From the NCBI GenBank assembly GCA_016869535.1, contig VGDX01000011.1:23932-87931 (forward strand): a stretch of 64,000 bases of DNA, given 5' to 3'. Shown here in pieces: positions 19,059 through 28,543 of the stretch (position 1 is its first letter; each line of letters starts with the position of its first letter). A model generated the notes under the pieces. The model ran no database searches and was not told where the DNA came from. It saw only the letters and a program-made list of their open reading frames with translations. Both the position numbers and the translations under genes were made by a program. Source of the DNA: Alphaproteobacteria bacterium (GTDB lineage Bacteria > Pseudomonadota > Alphaproteobacteria > Rhizobiales > Methyloligellaceae).

Positions 19059-19180
19059 CTTTTCGCGATTGCCTGTCCGCGAATCTCGGTGAATGACGAG
19101 CGGACCGGCGTGCTCGGAAACTACGTGGGGTTGACGGATGTACTCCGACTGGCTTCAGTGGCGGCATGGTTAGACAGGGC

Positions 19181-20395
19181 ATGACAAGCATCAAATTCAC
19201 CGCCGCTGCCAGCCTCGTTACGGCAGCTTTAGTCACAACCGCCACGCAAGCCTTCGCTGCGTGCCAACCGCCCGCGGCATTCCCCAAATGGCTGCAAGGC
19301 TTCAAGCAACAGGCAGTAGCGCAAGGAATTTCGCCGCGCACCGTGTCGGCTGCGCTCGATGGCGTAACCTACGATCCGGCGACCATCGCCAAGGACCGTG
19401 GACAGGGCGTGTTCGCGCAGAGCTTCCTGCAATTCTCCAACCGCATGGTCTCGTCCAATCGGCTTCAGGTCGGATCGTCACTGCTCAAAAAATACGCTCA
19501 GACCTTCGCCAGGATTCAGCAGGAATATGGCGTGCCGGGTCCGGTGCTCGTAGCCTTTTGGGGATTGGAGACCGATTTCGGCAAGGTCATGGGCAATATG
19601 GAGTCGATCCGTTCGCTCGCCACGTTAAGCTTCGATTGCCGGCGGCCGGAAAAATTCAGCGCGGAGTTGCTCGACGCCTTGCGCGTGATCGAACGCGGCG
19701 ATCTCAGCCCACGCGAGATGCGTGGACCCGCGCATGGAGAGGTGGGCCAGTTCCAATTCCAACCGAGCACGTACTATAATTTTGCCGTCGATTTCGACGG
19801 AGATGGCAGGCGTGATCTGATCCGCAGCGCGCCCGACTCGCTCGCCTCCGCCGCCAACTATCTAAGGTCCATTGGCTGGCAGCCCAATCAGCCTTGGCTC
19901 GAGCAGGTGCGCATTCCCAACGATCTCCCCTGGGACCAGGCCGACGTAACCATCAAGCGCCCGCGACTCTTCTGGGCCAAGCACGGCGTGACCTATCTCA
20001 ACGGAAAACCCATTCCGGGCGACAACGTGCCGGTTGGTTTGGTGCTGCCTATGGGGCGAAACGGTCCCGCTTTTCTCGCTTACCCAAATTTCGACGTCTA
20101 TACCGAGTGGAACAATTCCCTCATCTATTCGCTGACCGCCGCTTATTACGCCACTCGCCTCGCCGGCGGTCCGCCGCTGGCAAAGGGTAACGGCCCAGTG
20201 ACCGTACCCTCGACGGCGGAGACGAAGGAGATCCAGCAGATCCTCGCCAAGCGCGGTTTCGACGTCGGCAAGATCGACGGCGTGGTCGGTGCGGCGACAC
20301 GCAACGCCATTCGCGCCAACCAGATCAAATACGGCTTGCCTGCTGACGGCTATCCTTCGGCGGAATTGCTGAATCGTCTCCGCTCGGGCCGTTAG
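19181..20395 (+). CDS. Lytic murein transglycosylase (MltB/SLT_2-like) with C-terminal PG-binding domain
   Basis: Signal peptide, FWGLETDFG (catalytic Glu), VDFDGDGRRDL and DGVVGAATRNAI. Confidence 0.9.
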   Translation: MTSIKFTAAASLVTAALVTTATQAFAACQPPAAFPKWLQGFKQQAVAQGISPRTVSAALDGVTYDPATIAKDRGQGVFAQSFLQFSNRMVSSNRLQVGSSLLKKYAQTFARIQQEYGVPGPVLVAFWGLETDFGKVMGNMESIRSLATLSFDCRRPEKFSAELLDALRVIERGDLSPREMRGPAHGEVGQFQFQPSTYYNFAVDFDGDGRRDLIRSAPDSLASAANYLRSIGWQPNQPWLEQVRIPNDLPWDQADVTIKRPRLFWAKHGVTYLNGKPIPGDNVPVGLVLPMGRNGPAFLAYPNFDVYTEWNNSLIYSLTAAYYATRLAGGPPLAKGNGPVTVPSTAETKEIQQILAKRGFDVGKIDGVVGAATRNAIRANQIKYGLPADGYPSAELLNRLRSGR

Positions 20396-20520
20396 GCTAG
20401 CGCAACCACTGCCGCCAGTAGTGCGACCGCGACCGTAAGCAAAGGAATCCACCAGCTTGATGCTGGGAGTTCCAGCCTGTCCCGGTCTAGCCGATTATTG
20501 TTTGTCCGCATCTCAGCCAT
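20392..20520 (-). CDS. 42-aa small membrane protein, absent from the ORF track
   Basis: Hand-translated: MAEMRTNNNRLDRDRLELPASSWWIPLLTVAVALLAAVVALA*. C-terminal hydrophobic helix, AGGGGTG upstream. Confidence 0.5.
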   Translation of the reverse strand: MAEMRTNNNRLDRDRLELPASSWWIPLLTVAVALLAAVVALA

Positions 20521-20580
20521 GTCAGCCACCCCTGGTATCATGCCGGGCAAACACATGAATTGGCCAACTGTTCCGTCATC

Positions 20581-20610
20581 AAAAGAAAAAGCCCGGCATG
20601 TTGCCGAGCT
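20581..20610 (-). terminator. Intrinsic terminator for the micro-lipoprotein gene
   Basis: On the minus strand: GCTCGGCA-ACA-TGCCGGGC followed by TTTTTCTTTT. Confidence 0.75.
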
Positions 20611-20654
20611 CCTTCAGTGCCGACATGGCTTGGACCAATCTGGTCCTGCCCCGA

Positions 20655-20768
20655 CTATTTGTAGGGCGAAGTGTCCATGGGAATCTCGGCAACGGCCTGC
20701 CGGTGATGGAAGCAACCGCCAAGCGCCAAAGTGGCGGCGATGACAGTGAACACGACGATGATGCGCAT
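20655..20768 (-). CDS. 37-aa micro-lipoprotein, absent from the ORF track
   Basis: Hand-translated: MRIIVVFTVIAATLALGGCFHHRQAVAEIPMDTSPYK*. Lipobox LGGC, AGAGGA SD, downstream terminator. Confidence 0.75.
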   Translation of the reverse strand: MRIIVVFTVIAATLALGGCFHHRQAVAEIPMDTSPYK

Positions 20769-20836
20769 GACTTGATCCTCTACCTGCACATTAGTTCATG
20801 GTGACGCGAGACTTGCGCCATCACATGCTGATCCGC

Positions 20837-20852
20837 TTAGGAAAGGGTTAAC
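20837..20852. promoter_or_regulatory. CtrA-like binding site upstream of the micro-lipoprotein gene
   Basis: TTAG-GAAAGGG-TTAAC, one mismatch to TTAA-N7-TTAAC. Confidence 0.5.
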
Positions 20853-21159
20853 GTGCGGTGCATTTTGAAACGCGCTGCAATGGTGAGGCTGACCTCGGAT
20901 CGAGGCTGAAAAGAACACGGCGGCCCCATTCCAAGCGCTCGCAAGATGGGCCAGGGCCGCCGAGGTGATGGGAGAAACGCGCCATCACCCGTAGGCGAGG
21001 GTAGTGGCACCCCTGTCCATGACCTTGCGCTGGATCAAAGGGCGTGTCGGTGATTAGTCCGCCGGACAGGTCCAATTTGGTGCTAAGCTTGCTATTACGG
21101 TTGCCCCCTGGCTGCAGCCCGATCGCAGACGGCGGCAACACGTATGAGGGGGTAATGCC

Positions 21160-21447
21160 ATGGAGAGCACACTCATAAATCTTGTCATCCAGGCTCTTGC
21201 CGGGGCAGCCGGCGGTGCCGGCACCGGTAAGACCGTTCCGAATTTGAGCTTGGGTGGACCTGCCGATGCCATCGCGGGCGCCATCGGCGGCGGCGTGGTC
21301 GGCCAGATCCTCGCCTCGGCGTTCGGTGTGGCTGACGCCGCCGGCATTGATATCGCAAGCCTGGCTAGAGACATCGTCGGTGGCGGCATCGGCGGTGCGA
21401 TCGTCGTGTCCATCATCGGCGCCATTCGCAACGCCGTGGGCCGCTGA
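21160..21447 (+). CDS. Gly/Ala/Ile-rich small hydrophobic protein
   Basis: Two similar GAIGGG / GGGIGGA glycine-zipper-like segments. GAGGGG SD. Confidence 0.7.
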   Translation: MESTLINLVIQALAGAAGGAGTGKTVPNLSLGGPADAIAGAIGGGVVGQILASAFGVADAAGIDIASLARDIVGGGIGGAIVVSIIGAIRNAVGR

Positions 21448-21495
21448 CCGCTGAGGCTTTGCAACTGACCTTGGAGTAACGGCGGGGCGCGTAGC

Positions 21496-22464
21496 ATGAA
21501 GGCCGATCTTCGTCCCATGCTCGCGACGTTGACGGATCGACCTTTCGACGATCCCGGCTGGATCTTCGAGACGAAATGGGATGGATTCCGCGCCATCGCC
21601 GTTGCCGAACCAGGTCGCGCGGCACTCTATTCGCGCCGCGGCCACGACCTATCGGCAAAATATCCGACGATTTGTGCCGCGCTGGCCCGGATTAAACATA
21701 AGGCCGTGCTCGATGGCGAACTCGTGGCACTCGACGAGCATGGCCGCTCGCGCTTTCAGCTGTTGCAGAATGCCGGGCGCAACTCGGCCCGCCTGCTCTA
21801 TTGCGTATTCGATCTGCTCTATCTCGACGGCAAGGACCTGCGCTCATGGCCTTTGCTGAAACGCAAAGAGGCGCTCAAGAAAATCCTGCCGAAGAGCAAA
21901 TTGCTGCTCTACAGCACCCATGTCGCGGGAGACGGGATCGGAGCGTTCAAGGCTGCGGCGCGCGCCGGCGAGGAAGGCGTCATCGCCAAGCTTGCCGATG
22001 GCAAATACCATTCCGGGATTCGCACGCGTGAATGGTTAAAGGTCAAGTCAAGCCAGGAGCAGGAGGTGGTGATCGTGGGCTTTACCAAACCGCGCGGCCA
22101 GCGCCGTTTCTTCGGCTCGCTTGTTCTTGCCGTGCGCGACGGCAAAGCCTGGAAATATGCTGGCCGCGCCGGCACCGGCTTCACCCAAGCGAGTCTTGCA
22201 GAACTTTACGACGAGCTCACGCCGCTCATCACCAAGGCGAAGCCCATAGCCGCCAAAGTGCCCAATGAGTCCAGCACCATCTGGGTGAAACCGAAGCTCG
22301 TGGCGGAAGTTAAATTCACCGAGTGGACGACAGGCGGTGAAATGCGCCATCCGGTGTTCCTTGGCTTGCGAACCGACAAGCCGGCATCACGAGTGGTGCG
22401 CGAAGTGCCGAAGCCGTTGAAATCGGCCAAACCCAAGACGAAGGCGCGCGCCAACAAGGCTTGA
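21496..22464 (+). CDS. ligD: ATP-dependent DNA ligase, LigD ligase domain only
   Basis: FETKWDGFR (adenylated Lys), LDGEL, FDLLYLDG, EGVIAK, WLKVK and VAEVKFTEWT...MRHPVF. Confidence 0.85.
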   Translation: MKADLRPMLATLTDRPFDDPGWIFETKWDGFRAIAVAEPGRAALYSRRGHDLSAKYPTICAALARIKHKAVLDGELVALDEHGRSRFQLLQNAGRNSARLLYCVFDLLYLDGKDLRSWPLLKRKEALKKILPKSKLLLYSTHVAGDGIGAFKAAARAGEEGVIAKLADGKYHSGIRTREWLKVKSSQEQEVVIVGFTKPRGQRRFFGSLVLAVRDGKAWKYAGRAGTGFTQASLAELYDELTPLITKAKPIAAKVPNESSTIWVKPKLVAEVKFTEWTTGGEMRHPVFLGLRTDKPASRVVREVPKPLKSAKPKTKARANKA

Positions 22465-22527
22465 CCGAGATCAAGGAAGCGCCCGCTCCGCCGCCTAGGC
22501 TCCGTCCCGATTGCAAGGAGCGAACTC

Positions 22528-22995
22528 ATGAGCACAGGCCTCGATACGTTCGACAAGACCGTCCAAGAGTCCAATCTCTGGCTCAAGGATGTGATGGAGC
22601 GGCTCAACACGCTCGATCGCCATCATGCTTACTCCACCTTGCGCGCCGTGTTGCATGCCCTGCGCGACCGCATTGGGCCGGAGAATGCCGCGCATCTCTC
22701 CGCGCAATTGCCCATGCTGCTGCGTGGTCTGTTCTATGAAGGGTGGGATCCGACCGGCAAGCCTACCAAGGAGCGAAGCGAGACCGAATTTTTGGCGCGT
22801 GTCGCGGCGGAATTGCCGCGCGCCGAGGAGGGCGAGGTCGAGCGGGGCGTCTATGCCGTATTCGACGTGCTGTCTAAGCGCATCGATCGCGGCGCGGCGG
22901 TGAAGCTCGCGGCCATCCTGCCGCAGGAACTGCGCAAGTTCTGGCCGGCCTTCATCCGCGAGGCGGCACATGAGCGCCTCTCCGGCGCCGCTTAA
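22528..22995 (+). CDS. DUF2267-family protein
   Basis: FDKTVQESNLWLKD, RAVLHALRDR, AQLPMLLRGLFYEGW and LPQELRKFW. Confidence 0.8.
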   Translation: MSTGLDTFDKTVQESNLWLKDVMERLNTLDRHHAYSTLRAVLHALRDRIGPENAAHLSAQLPMLLRGLFYEGWDPTGKPTKERSETEFLARVAAELPRAEEGEVERGVYAVFDVLSKRIDRGAAVKLAAILPQELRKFWPAFIREAAHERLSGAA

Positions 22996-23265
22996 AACTA
23001 GCCGTTCAGATCCTTGTTAGCCTGTGAGTTGGGCCACCGAGATCGGTTGGCCGCAGCGAAGGGTCTTATCTGCGAGACATAGGCTACGGTAGGGGAGGGT
23101 GATATAACCGCGTTTAGGGTTTTGGCGGGCTTGGCTCAGACACGTTAAGGGGGCGATACAACCACAGGCTGAAGCTCTCTAAGGTACGCTTTTCTGCCAA
23201 AAACTGCAGCACGAGGCTTGTTCTCGTCAAAGCCGACTGGACTGTTGTAGGCTTAAGTTTAGGGG

Positions 23266-24054
23266 ATGGCGCTGGGGCCAATGACGGATTTAGTGCGTAG
23301 TCCGATTGTTGCGGAAAATGCGGAAGGCCAGGGACCTTTCGTGATCCTCTGCGATCACGCATCCAACCGCATTCCCAAAGAATTTTCATCCGTCGGTTTG
23401 AACGCTGAATTGCTCGACACGCATATCGCGTGGGATCCGGGTGCCTTGGGTGTGGCGCGCCGCTTATCGACGTTGCTCGATGCGCCTCTAATCTGGCCCG
23501 ACGCCTCTCGCATCCTGATCGACTGCAATCGTCCCCCCGACGCGGAGAACCTCATCGTCGTAGAAACCGAGAGGGGAGTGGTAAACGCTAATCGCGGCCT
23601 GAGCCGGGAGGAACGCGCGCGGCGGCTGGCGCTAATTCATGCGCCTTATCACGCCGCCATCGACGCATGTCTGAAGCGTCGCCTCGAAGCCAACCGGCCG
23701 ACAGCTATCGTGGCGATTCACTCATTCACCCCAATCTTTTTCGGCAAACCACGCCCCTGGCAGATTGGCGTCGTGTTTGGCGACGATCGGCGGCTTGCAG
23801 ATTTGCTCATCCGCAAGCTGAAATCTGATCACAGGCTCACCGTCGGCATCAACGAGCCGTATTCGCCGGCCAACAATGTCTACTACACAGTCGAGCGTCA
23901 CTCCTGTCCGGAGCACTTGCCCGCGGTCATGATCGAAATTCGCAATGACGAGATATGCGACGAGGCCGGTCAACGACGCTGGGCAGACAATTTGGCAAGC
24001 ATCCTCGTTGCGGCGGAGCGGCATCTGGCCGAAACGCGCCATGCAATGGTGTGA
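23266..24054 (+). CDS. N-formylglutamate amidohydrolase-family protein
   Basis: CDHASNRIP, HIAWDPGA, SRILIDCNRP, IHSFTP, NEPY and MIEIRND. Confidence 0.88.
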   Translation: MALGPMTDLVRSPIVAENAEGQGPFVILCDHASNRIPKEFSSVGLNAELLDTHIAWDPGALGVARRLSTLLDAPLIWPDASRILIDCNRPPDAENLIVVETERGVVNANRGLSREERARRLALIHAPYHAAIDACLKRRLEANRPTAIVAIHSFTPIFFGKPRPWQIGVVFGDDRRLADLLIRKLKSDHRLTVGINEPYSPANNVYYTVERHSCPEHLPAVMIEIRNDEICDEAGQRRWADNLASILVAAERHLAETRHAMV

Positions 24055-24078
24055 AATTTGCATGACGGCGGTAGATCG

Positions 24079-24636
24079 ATGCCCAAAGCGATAAGGCTCT
24101 ACGTCCGCTATGTCGATGCCGTGAACCGGGCGGTCGGACGCTCGGTGATGTGGCTCGTTCTCGTCATGATGCTGGTCCTGCTTTACGCGGTGATCGCGCG
24201 TTCGGTGTTCGGCGTCTCTTATATCTGGATTATCGAAACCTCCCAGATGCTGCTCGCCGCCTACTACATCCTCGGCGGCGGTTACTCACTTCAGCTCGGT
24301 ACGCATGTCAGGATGGACCTGCTCTACAGCCGCTGGTCGGAGCGCACCAAGGCGCGCATGGACTCGCTGACCTCGGGATTGGTGATCTTCTATCTGATCG
24401 TGCTGCTGCTCGGCGGCATCTCCAGCACGGTCTACGCGATCGAATATAACCAGAAGAGCTACTCCTCCTGGGCGCCTCTGCTCTGGCCCATCAAGGTCGT
24501 CATGTGCATCGGCATTGTGCTGATGCTGCTGCAGATGATCGCCATCTTCTTCGTGGACCTGGCCAAAGCCTTGGGGCTGCCCATCGACGGTGAGCCCCTC
24601 GAGGAAGAGAAACTTCAAGGGCAGGAGCTGAAATGA
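24079..24636 (+). CDS. TRAP transporter small permease (DctQ-like)
   Basis: Four TM segments and the HVRMDLLY motif. Confidence 0.9.
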   Translation: MPKAIRLYVRYVDAVNRAVGRSVMWLVLVMMLVLLYAVIARSVFGVSYIWIIETSQMLLAAYYILGGGYSLQLGTHVRMDLLYSRWSERTKARMDSLTSGLVIFYLIVLLLGGISSTVYAIEYNQKSYSSWAPLLWPIKVVMCIGIVLMLLQMIAIFFVDLAKALGLPIDGEPLEEEKLQGQELK

Positions 24637-25955
24637 ATTACGAGACCATCGCGCTCCTGATGTTCGCATCGATGATGCTGCTGCTCATCACCGGGCAGCG
24701 CTTCTTTGGTGTGATCGGCTTCGTCGCATCGGTTTTTGCCTTGGCGCTATGGGGCACCGGGGGAGAGGAAATGCCCTTCAACGCGGCGTTCGTCCTCTTC
24801 AATTGGTATCCGATGCTGACCCTGCCCCTGTTCATCTACATGGGTTACATGCTGTCGGAGTCCGGCATCGCCGACGATCTCTACAAGATGTTCCATGTCT
24901 GGTTCGGGCCCGTCCCCGGCGGACTGGCGATCGGCACTATTCTGCTGATGGTCATCATCGCCGCCATGAACGGACTGAGCGTAGCCGGCATGGCCATCGG
25001 CGCGAGTATCGCGCTGCCTGAACTACTTCGCCGCGGCTACGACAAGGTTATGGTGACGGGTGTCATTCAGGCCGGAAGCTCGCTCGGCATTCTGATCCCG
25101 CCGAGCGTGGTGCTGGTGCTCTACGGCCTGATCGCCCGCCAGCCGATGGGCCATCTTTGGCTCGCAGGCGTCTTCCCGGGGCTGTTGCTGGCAAGTCTTT
25201 TCATCGCTTATGTGGCCATCCGCTGCTATCTCCAGCCCAATCTCGGCCCGGTGCTGCCGGCCGATGAACGGCAAGTCAGCTGGGGGGAGAAGATCAAGCT
25301 GCTTGGCGCCGGTGTCATTCCCTTCCTCATCTTTTTCGCGATGACCGGCCTGTTTCTCATGGGCAAGACCAGCCTGGTGGAGAGTTCGGGTGTCGGCGCG
25401 GCGGGGGCCACACTTGCCGCCATCTTCCGCCGCAGGCTGACCTGGCAGGTGATGGAGCGGACCGTGCGCAAGACGCTCGGGATCAGTTGCATGTTCCTCT
25501 GGATCATTCTCGCCGCGCTCTGTTTCGGCGCCGTGTTCGACGGCCTCGGCGCGGTACATGGCCTGCGTTATCTGTTCCTGGAGAAGTGGGGGCTCGATCC
25601 CTGGACGGTGCTGATCATGATGCAGGTCTCCTACCTGATCATGGGCACTTTCCTCGACGATACCGCAATGCTGGTGATCGTCGCGCCGCTCTATGTCCCC
25701 ATCGTGATTGCACTTGGTTTCGACCCGATTTGGTATGGTGTCCTGTACACAATCACTTGCCAGATCGCGTATATGACGCCGCCGTTCGGTTATAATCTGT
25801 TTCTGATGCGTGCAATGGCGCCGCCGGAAATAACCTTGATGGACATCTATAGATCGATCGTACCTTTCGTACTTGTGATGATCGTCGGTTTAACAATCGT
25901 AATGATCTTCCCGCAAATAGCGCTGTGGCTGCCGCAGTACTATTACGCGCGATAA
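24633..25955 (+). CDS. TRAP transporter large permease (DctM-like)
   Basis: LPLFIYMG, LGILIPPS and TPPFGYNLF. ATGA overlap with the small permease. Confidence 0.92.
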   Translation: MNYETIALLMFASMMLLLITGQRFFGVIGFVASVFALALWGTGGEEMPFNAAFVLFNWYPMLTLPLFIYMGYMLSESGIADDLYKMFHVWFGPVPGGLAIGTILLMVIIAAMNGLSVAGMAIGASIALPELLRRGYDKVMVTGVIQAGSSLGILIPPSVVLVLYGLIARQPMGHLWLAGVFPGLLLASLFIAYVAIRCYLQPNLGPVLPADERQVSWGEKIKLLGAGVIPFLIFFAMTGLFLMGKTSLVESSGVGAAGATLAAIFRRRLTWQVMERTVRKTLGISCMFLWIILAALCFGAVFDGLGAVHGLRYLFLEKWGLDPWTVLIMMQVSYLIMGTFLDDTAMLVIVAPLYVPIVIALGFDPIWYGVLYTITCQIAYMTPPFGYNLFLMRAMAPPEITLMDIYRSIVPFVLVMIVGLTIVMIFPQIALWLPQYYYAR

Positions 25956-26004
25956 CGCCTCTGGAGACGCGGCCTTTAAAAGTGAATTTGAAAGGAGTGA
26001 AACG

Positions 26005-27078
26005 ATGAAGAAAATACCGAAGAGGATAAGCAAGCGCGATTTCATCAAGAATGCTGGACTGACCACCGTCGCCGCAGCGTCGGCGACTGTAGCGTCGCCT
26101 TATGTCATCAGGGCGCAAGGCGCCCCAATCAAATGGCGTATGCAAACCTATGCCGGATCGGCGTTAGGCGAGCATGTGATCAAGCCATCGATCGAGGCCT
26201 TCAACAAGGCGGCAAACGGCGAGATGGTGATCGAGCTCTACTACGCCGACCAACTCGTGCCGCAGGGCGAGCTGTTCCGCTCAGTGCAGACCGGAACCAT
26301 CGATGCGGCGCAAAGCGATGACGACTCGATGGCGTCCCCCGTCGATGTCAAAATCTTCGCGGCCTATTTCCCGTTCGCCTCACGCTTTTCGCTCGACGTT
26401 CCTGCCTTGTGGGAGTGGTGGGGTCTCAGACAAATTTGGGAGGAGGCGTATGGGGAGGTGAAGGGCGTCACCTGGCTCAGCACCGGCGCCTGGGACCCTT
26501 GCAATTTCGGTACGACCAAGCCGATCAAGTCGGTGGCCGACCTCAAAGGCCTGCGTGTCTACATGTTCCCGACCGGCGGCCAGTTCATGCAGCAATTCGG
26601 CGTGGTTCCGATCACGCTTCCCTATGAGGACGTGCAAGTCGCCCTGCAAACGGGAGAGTTGGACGGCGTTTGCTGGTGCGGCATCACCGAGATGTACACC
26701 GTGGGCTGGGCGGATGTGTTGAAATACTACCTGACCAACAACATCTCCGGCGCCTGGGCAGGCTCCTACTTCGTCAACAGCGACAAGTGGAACGCGCTTC
26801 CGGATCACCTGAAGCAATTGTTCAAGCTCTCGATGGACAGCTCCCACTACTACCGCCAGCATTGGTATTGGTGGGGCGAGGCGCATTACCGCACCACAGG
26901 CGGGCTGCTTGAGCTGACGGCTATCCCCGATGAGGAATGGCAGACTGTCGCGGACGCGGCCGTCAAATTCTGGAACGAAGCAGCCCAGATCAGCCCGCGT
27001 TGCGCCAAGGTCGTGGAGATCCTCCGGCAGTACAATGAGGCTATGACCAAGGCCGGTCCTCCCTACCGCAGCGCCTAG
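26005..27078 (+). CDS. TRAP substrate-binding protein (DctP-like) with Tat-like signal
   Basis: SKRDFIK leader, WRMQTY, DLKGLRV and ALQTGELDG. Confidence 0.9.
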   Translation: MKKIPKRISKRDFIKNAGLTTVAAASATVASPYVIRAQGAPIKWRMQTYAGSALGEHVIKPSIEAFNKAANGEMVIELYYADQLVPQGELFRSVQTGTIDAAQSDDDSMASPVDVKIFAAYFPFASRFSLDVPALWEWWGLRQIWEEAYGEVKGVTWLSTGAWDPCNFGTTKPIKSVADLKGLRVYMFPTGGQFMQQFGVVPITLPYEDVQVALQTGELDGVCWCGITEMYTVGWADVLKYYLTNNISGAWAGSYFVNSDKWNALPDHLKQLFKLSMDSSHYYRQHWYWWGEAHYRTTGGLLELTAIPDEEWQTVADAAVKFWNEAAQISPRCAKVVEILRQYNEAMTKAGPPYRSA

Positions 27079-27162
27079 TCGAATTCAGGACAATCAGGGC
27101 CCGCGCGGCAATCGCCGCGCGGGTCTTGCCTAAATAACTCTCCTAGAACAGAAGTCAGCGCC

Positions 27163-28533
27163 ATGACGGGCACATTGACGTTACAGGAATTGCAGGCTGC
27201 GTCCGATCGCGGCGAGATCGACACGGTCATCGCCTGCATGCCCGATATGCAGGGACGGCTCGTCGGCAAGCGTTTTCATACGGAATTTTTCTTGGGCGGC
27301 GCCCACGAAGAGACGCATGGCTGCGACTATCTGCTCGCCAACGACATCGATATGGAGCCGGTACCTGGCTACGCGGTGGCCAACTGGGAGAAGGGCTATG
27401 GCGATTTCGTCATGAAGCCAGATCTCGCCACCTTGCGCCGTATCCCCTGGCTGCCCGCGACCGCGCTCGTCATCTGCGACGTACTCGACCACCACACCCA
27501 TGAGGAATTGGCGCACAGCCCGCGCGCCATTCTGAAAAAGCAGATCGCGCGGCTTACAGCGATGAAGATGTCGTCGAGCGTCGCCTCGGAGCTTGAATTT
27601 TATCTGTTCGATGAGACCTACGAGTCGGCCGCGGAGAAGAACTGGCACGGACTGAAAACCACCGGCAGTTACATTCAGGACTATCACGTCTTCCAGACCA
27701 CCAAGGAAGAAGAGGTGATGCGGGCAATCCGCAACGGCCTGCAAGGCGCAGGCATTCCGGTGGAGAACTCCAAGGGCGAATGGGGTCCGGGTCAGGAAGA
27801 GGTCAATGTCCGCTATGCCGACCCCCTGACCATGGCCGACTGGCACGTCATCCTAAAGAACGGCTGCAAAGAGATCGCCCATTCGCTCGGCAAGTCGATC
27901 ACCTTTATGTCGAAATGGCGCTACGACCTCGCCGGGTCCTCGAGCCACATCCATATCTCGCTGTGGGACAAAGCCGGCAAGACGCCGCTCTTTCTCGATC
28001 CGAAGAGCGATCATGGCATGTCGCCCTTGATGCGGCAGTTCATGGCGGGTCAGCTCACGCATGCGCGCGAGATCACCTGGTTCCTCGCGCCCTATGTCAA
28101 TTCCTATAAGCGCTTCCAGTCCGGGACCTTCGCTCCCACCAAAGCCATCTGGTCCTTCGACAACCGCACTGCCGGCTTTCGCCTCTGCGGTGCCGATAGC
28201 AAGGGCATTCGCAGCGAGTGCCGCATTGGCGGCGCCGATCTCAACCCCTATCTCGCTTTCGCCGCGCTGATCGCTGCCGGTCTTGCCGGCATTGAGGAGA
28301 AACTGGAACTTGAAAAGCCTTATGTGGGTGACGCCTATCAAGGCAAGGCGCTACGCGAGGTGCCTAAGACCTTGCGCGAGGCGACAGAATTGATGCGAAA
28401 TTCGAAAATGCTGCGCACCGCCTTCGGCGACGATGTCATCGACCATTATGTGCACACCGCCGCGTGGGAACAGTTCGAGTATGACCGCCGCGTCACCGAC
28501 TGGGAGTTGCGTCGGGGCTTCGAGCGTTATTGA
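27163..28533 (+). CDS. Glutamine-synthetase-family gamma-glutamyl ligase
   Basis: DMQGRLVGKR, ELEFYLF, GEWGPGQEE, GSSSHIH, DNRTAGFR and RIGGADLNPY. Confidence 0.9.
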   Translation: MTGTLTLQELQAASDRGEIDTVIACMPDMQGRLVGKRFHTEFFLGGAHEETHGCDYLLANDIDMEPVPGYAVANWEKGYGDFVMKPDLATLRRIPWLPATALVICDVLDHHTHEELAHSPRAILKKQIARLTAMKMSSSVASELEFYLFDETYESAAEKNWHGLKTTGSYIQDYHVFQTTKEEEVMRAIRNGLQGAGIPVENSKGEWGPGQEEVNVRYADPLTMADWHVILKNGCKEIAHSLGKSITFMSKWRYDLAGSSSHIHISLWDKAGKTPLFLDPKSDHGMSPLMRQFMAGQLTHAREITWFLAPYVNSYKRFQSGTFAPTKAIWSFDNRTAGFRLCGADSKGIRSECRIGGADLNPYLAFAALIAAGLAGIEEKLELEKPYVGDAYQGKALREVPKTLREATELMRNSKMLRTAFGDDVIDHYVHTAAWEQFEYDRRVTDWELRRGFERY

Positions 28534-28543
28534 CAGAGGAACC

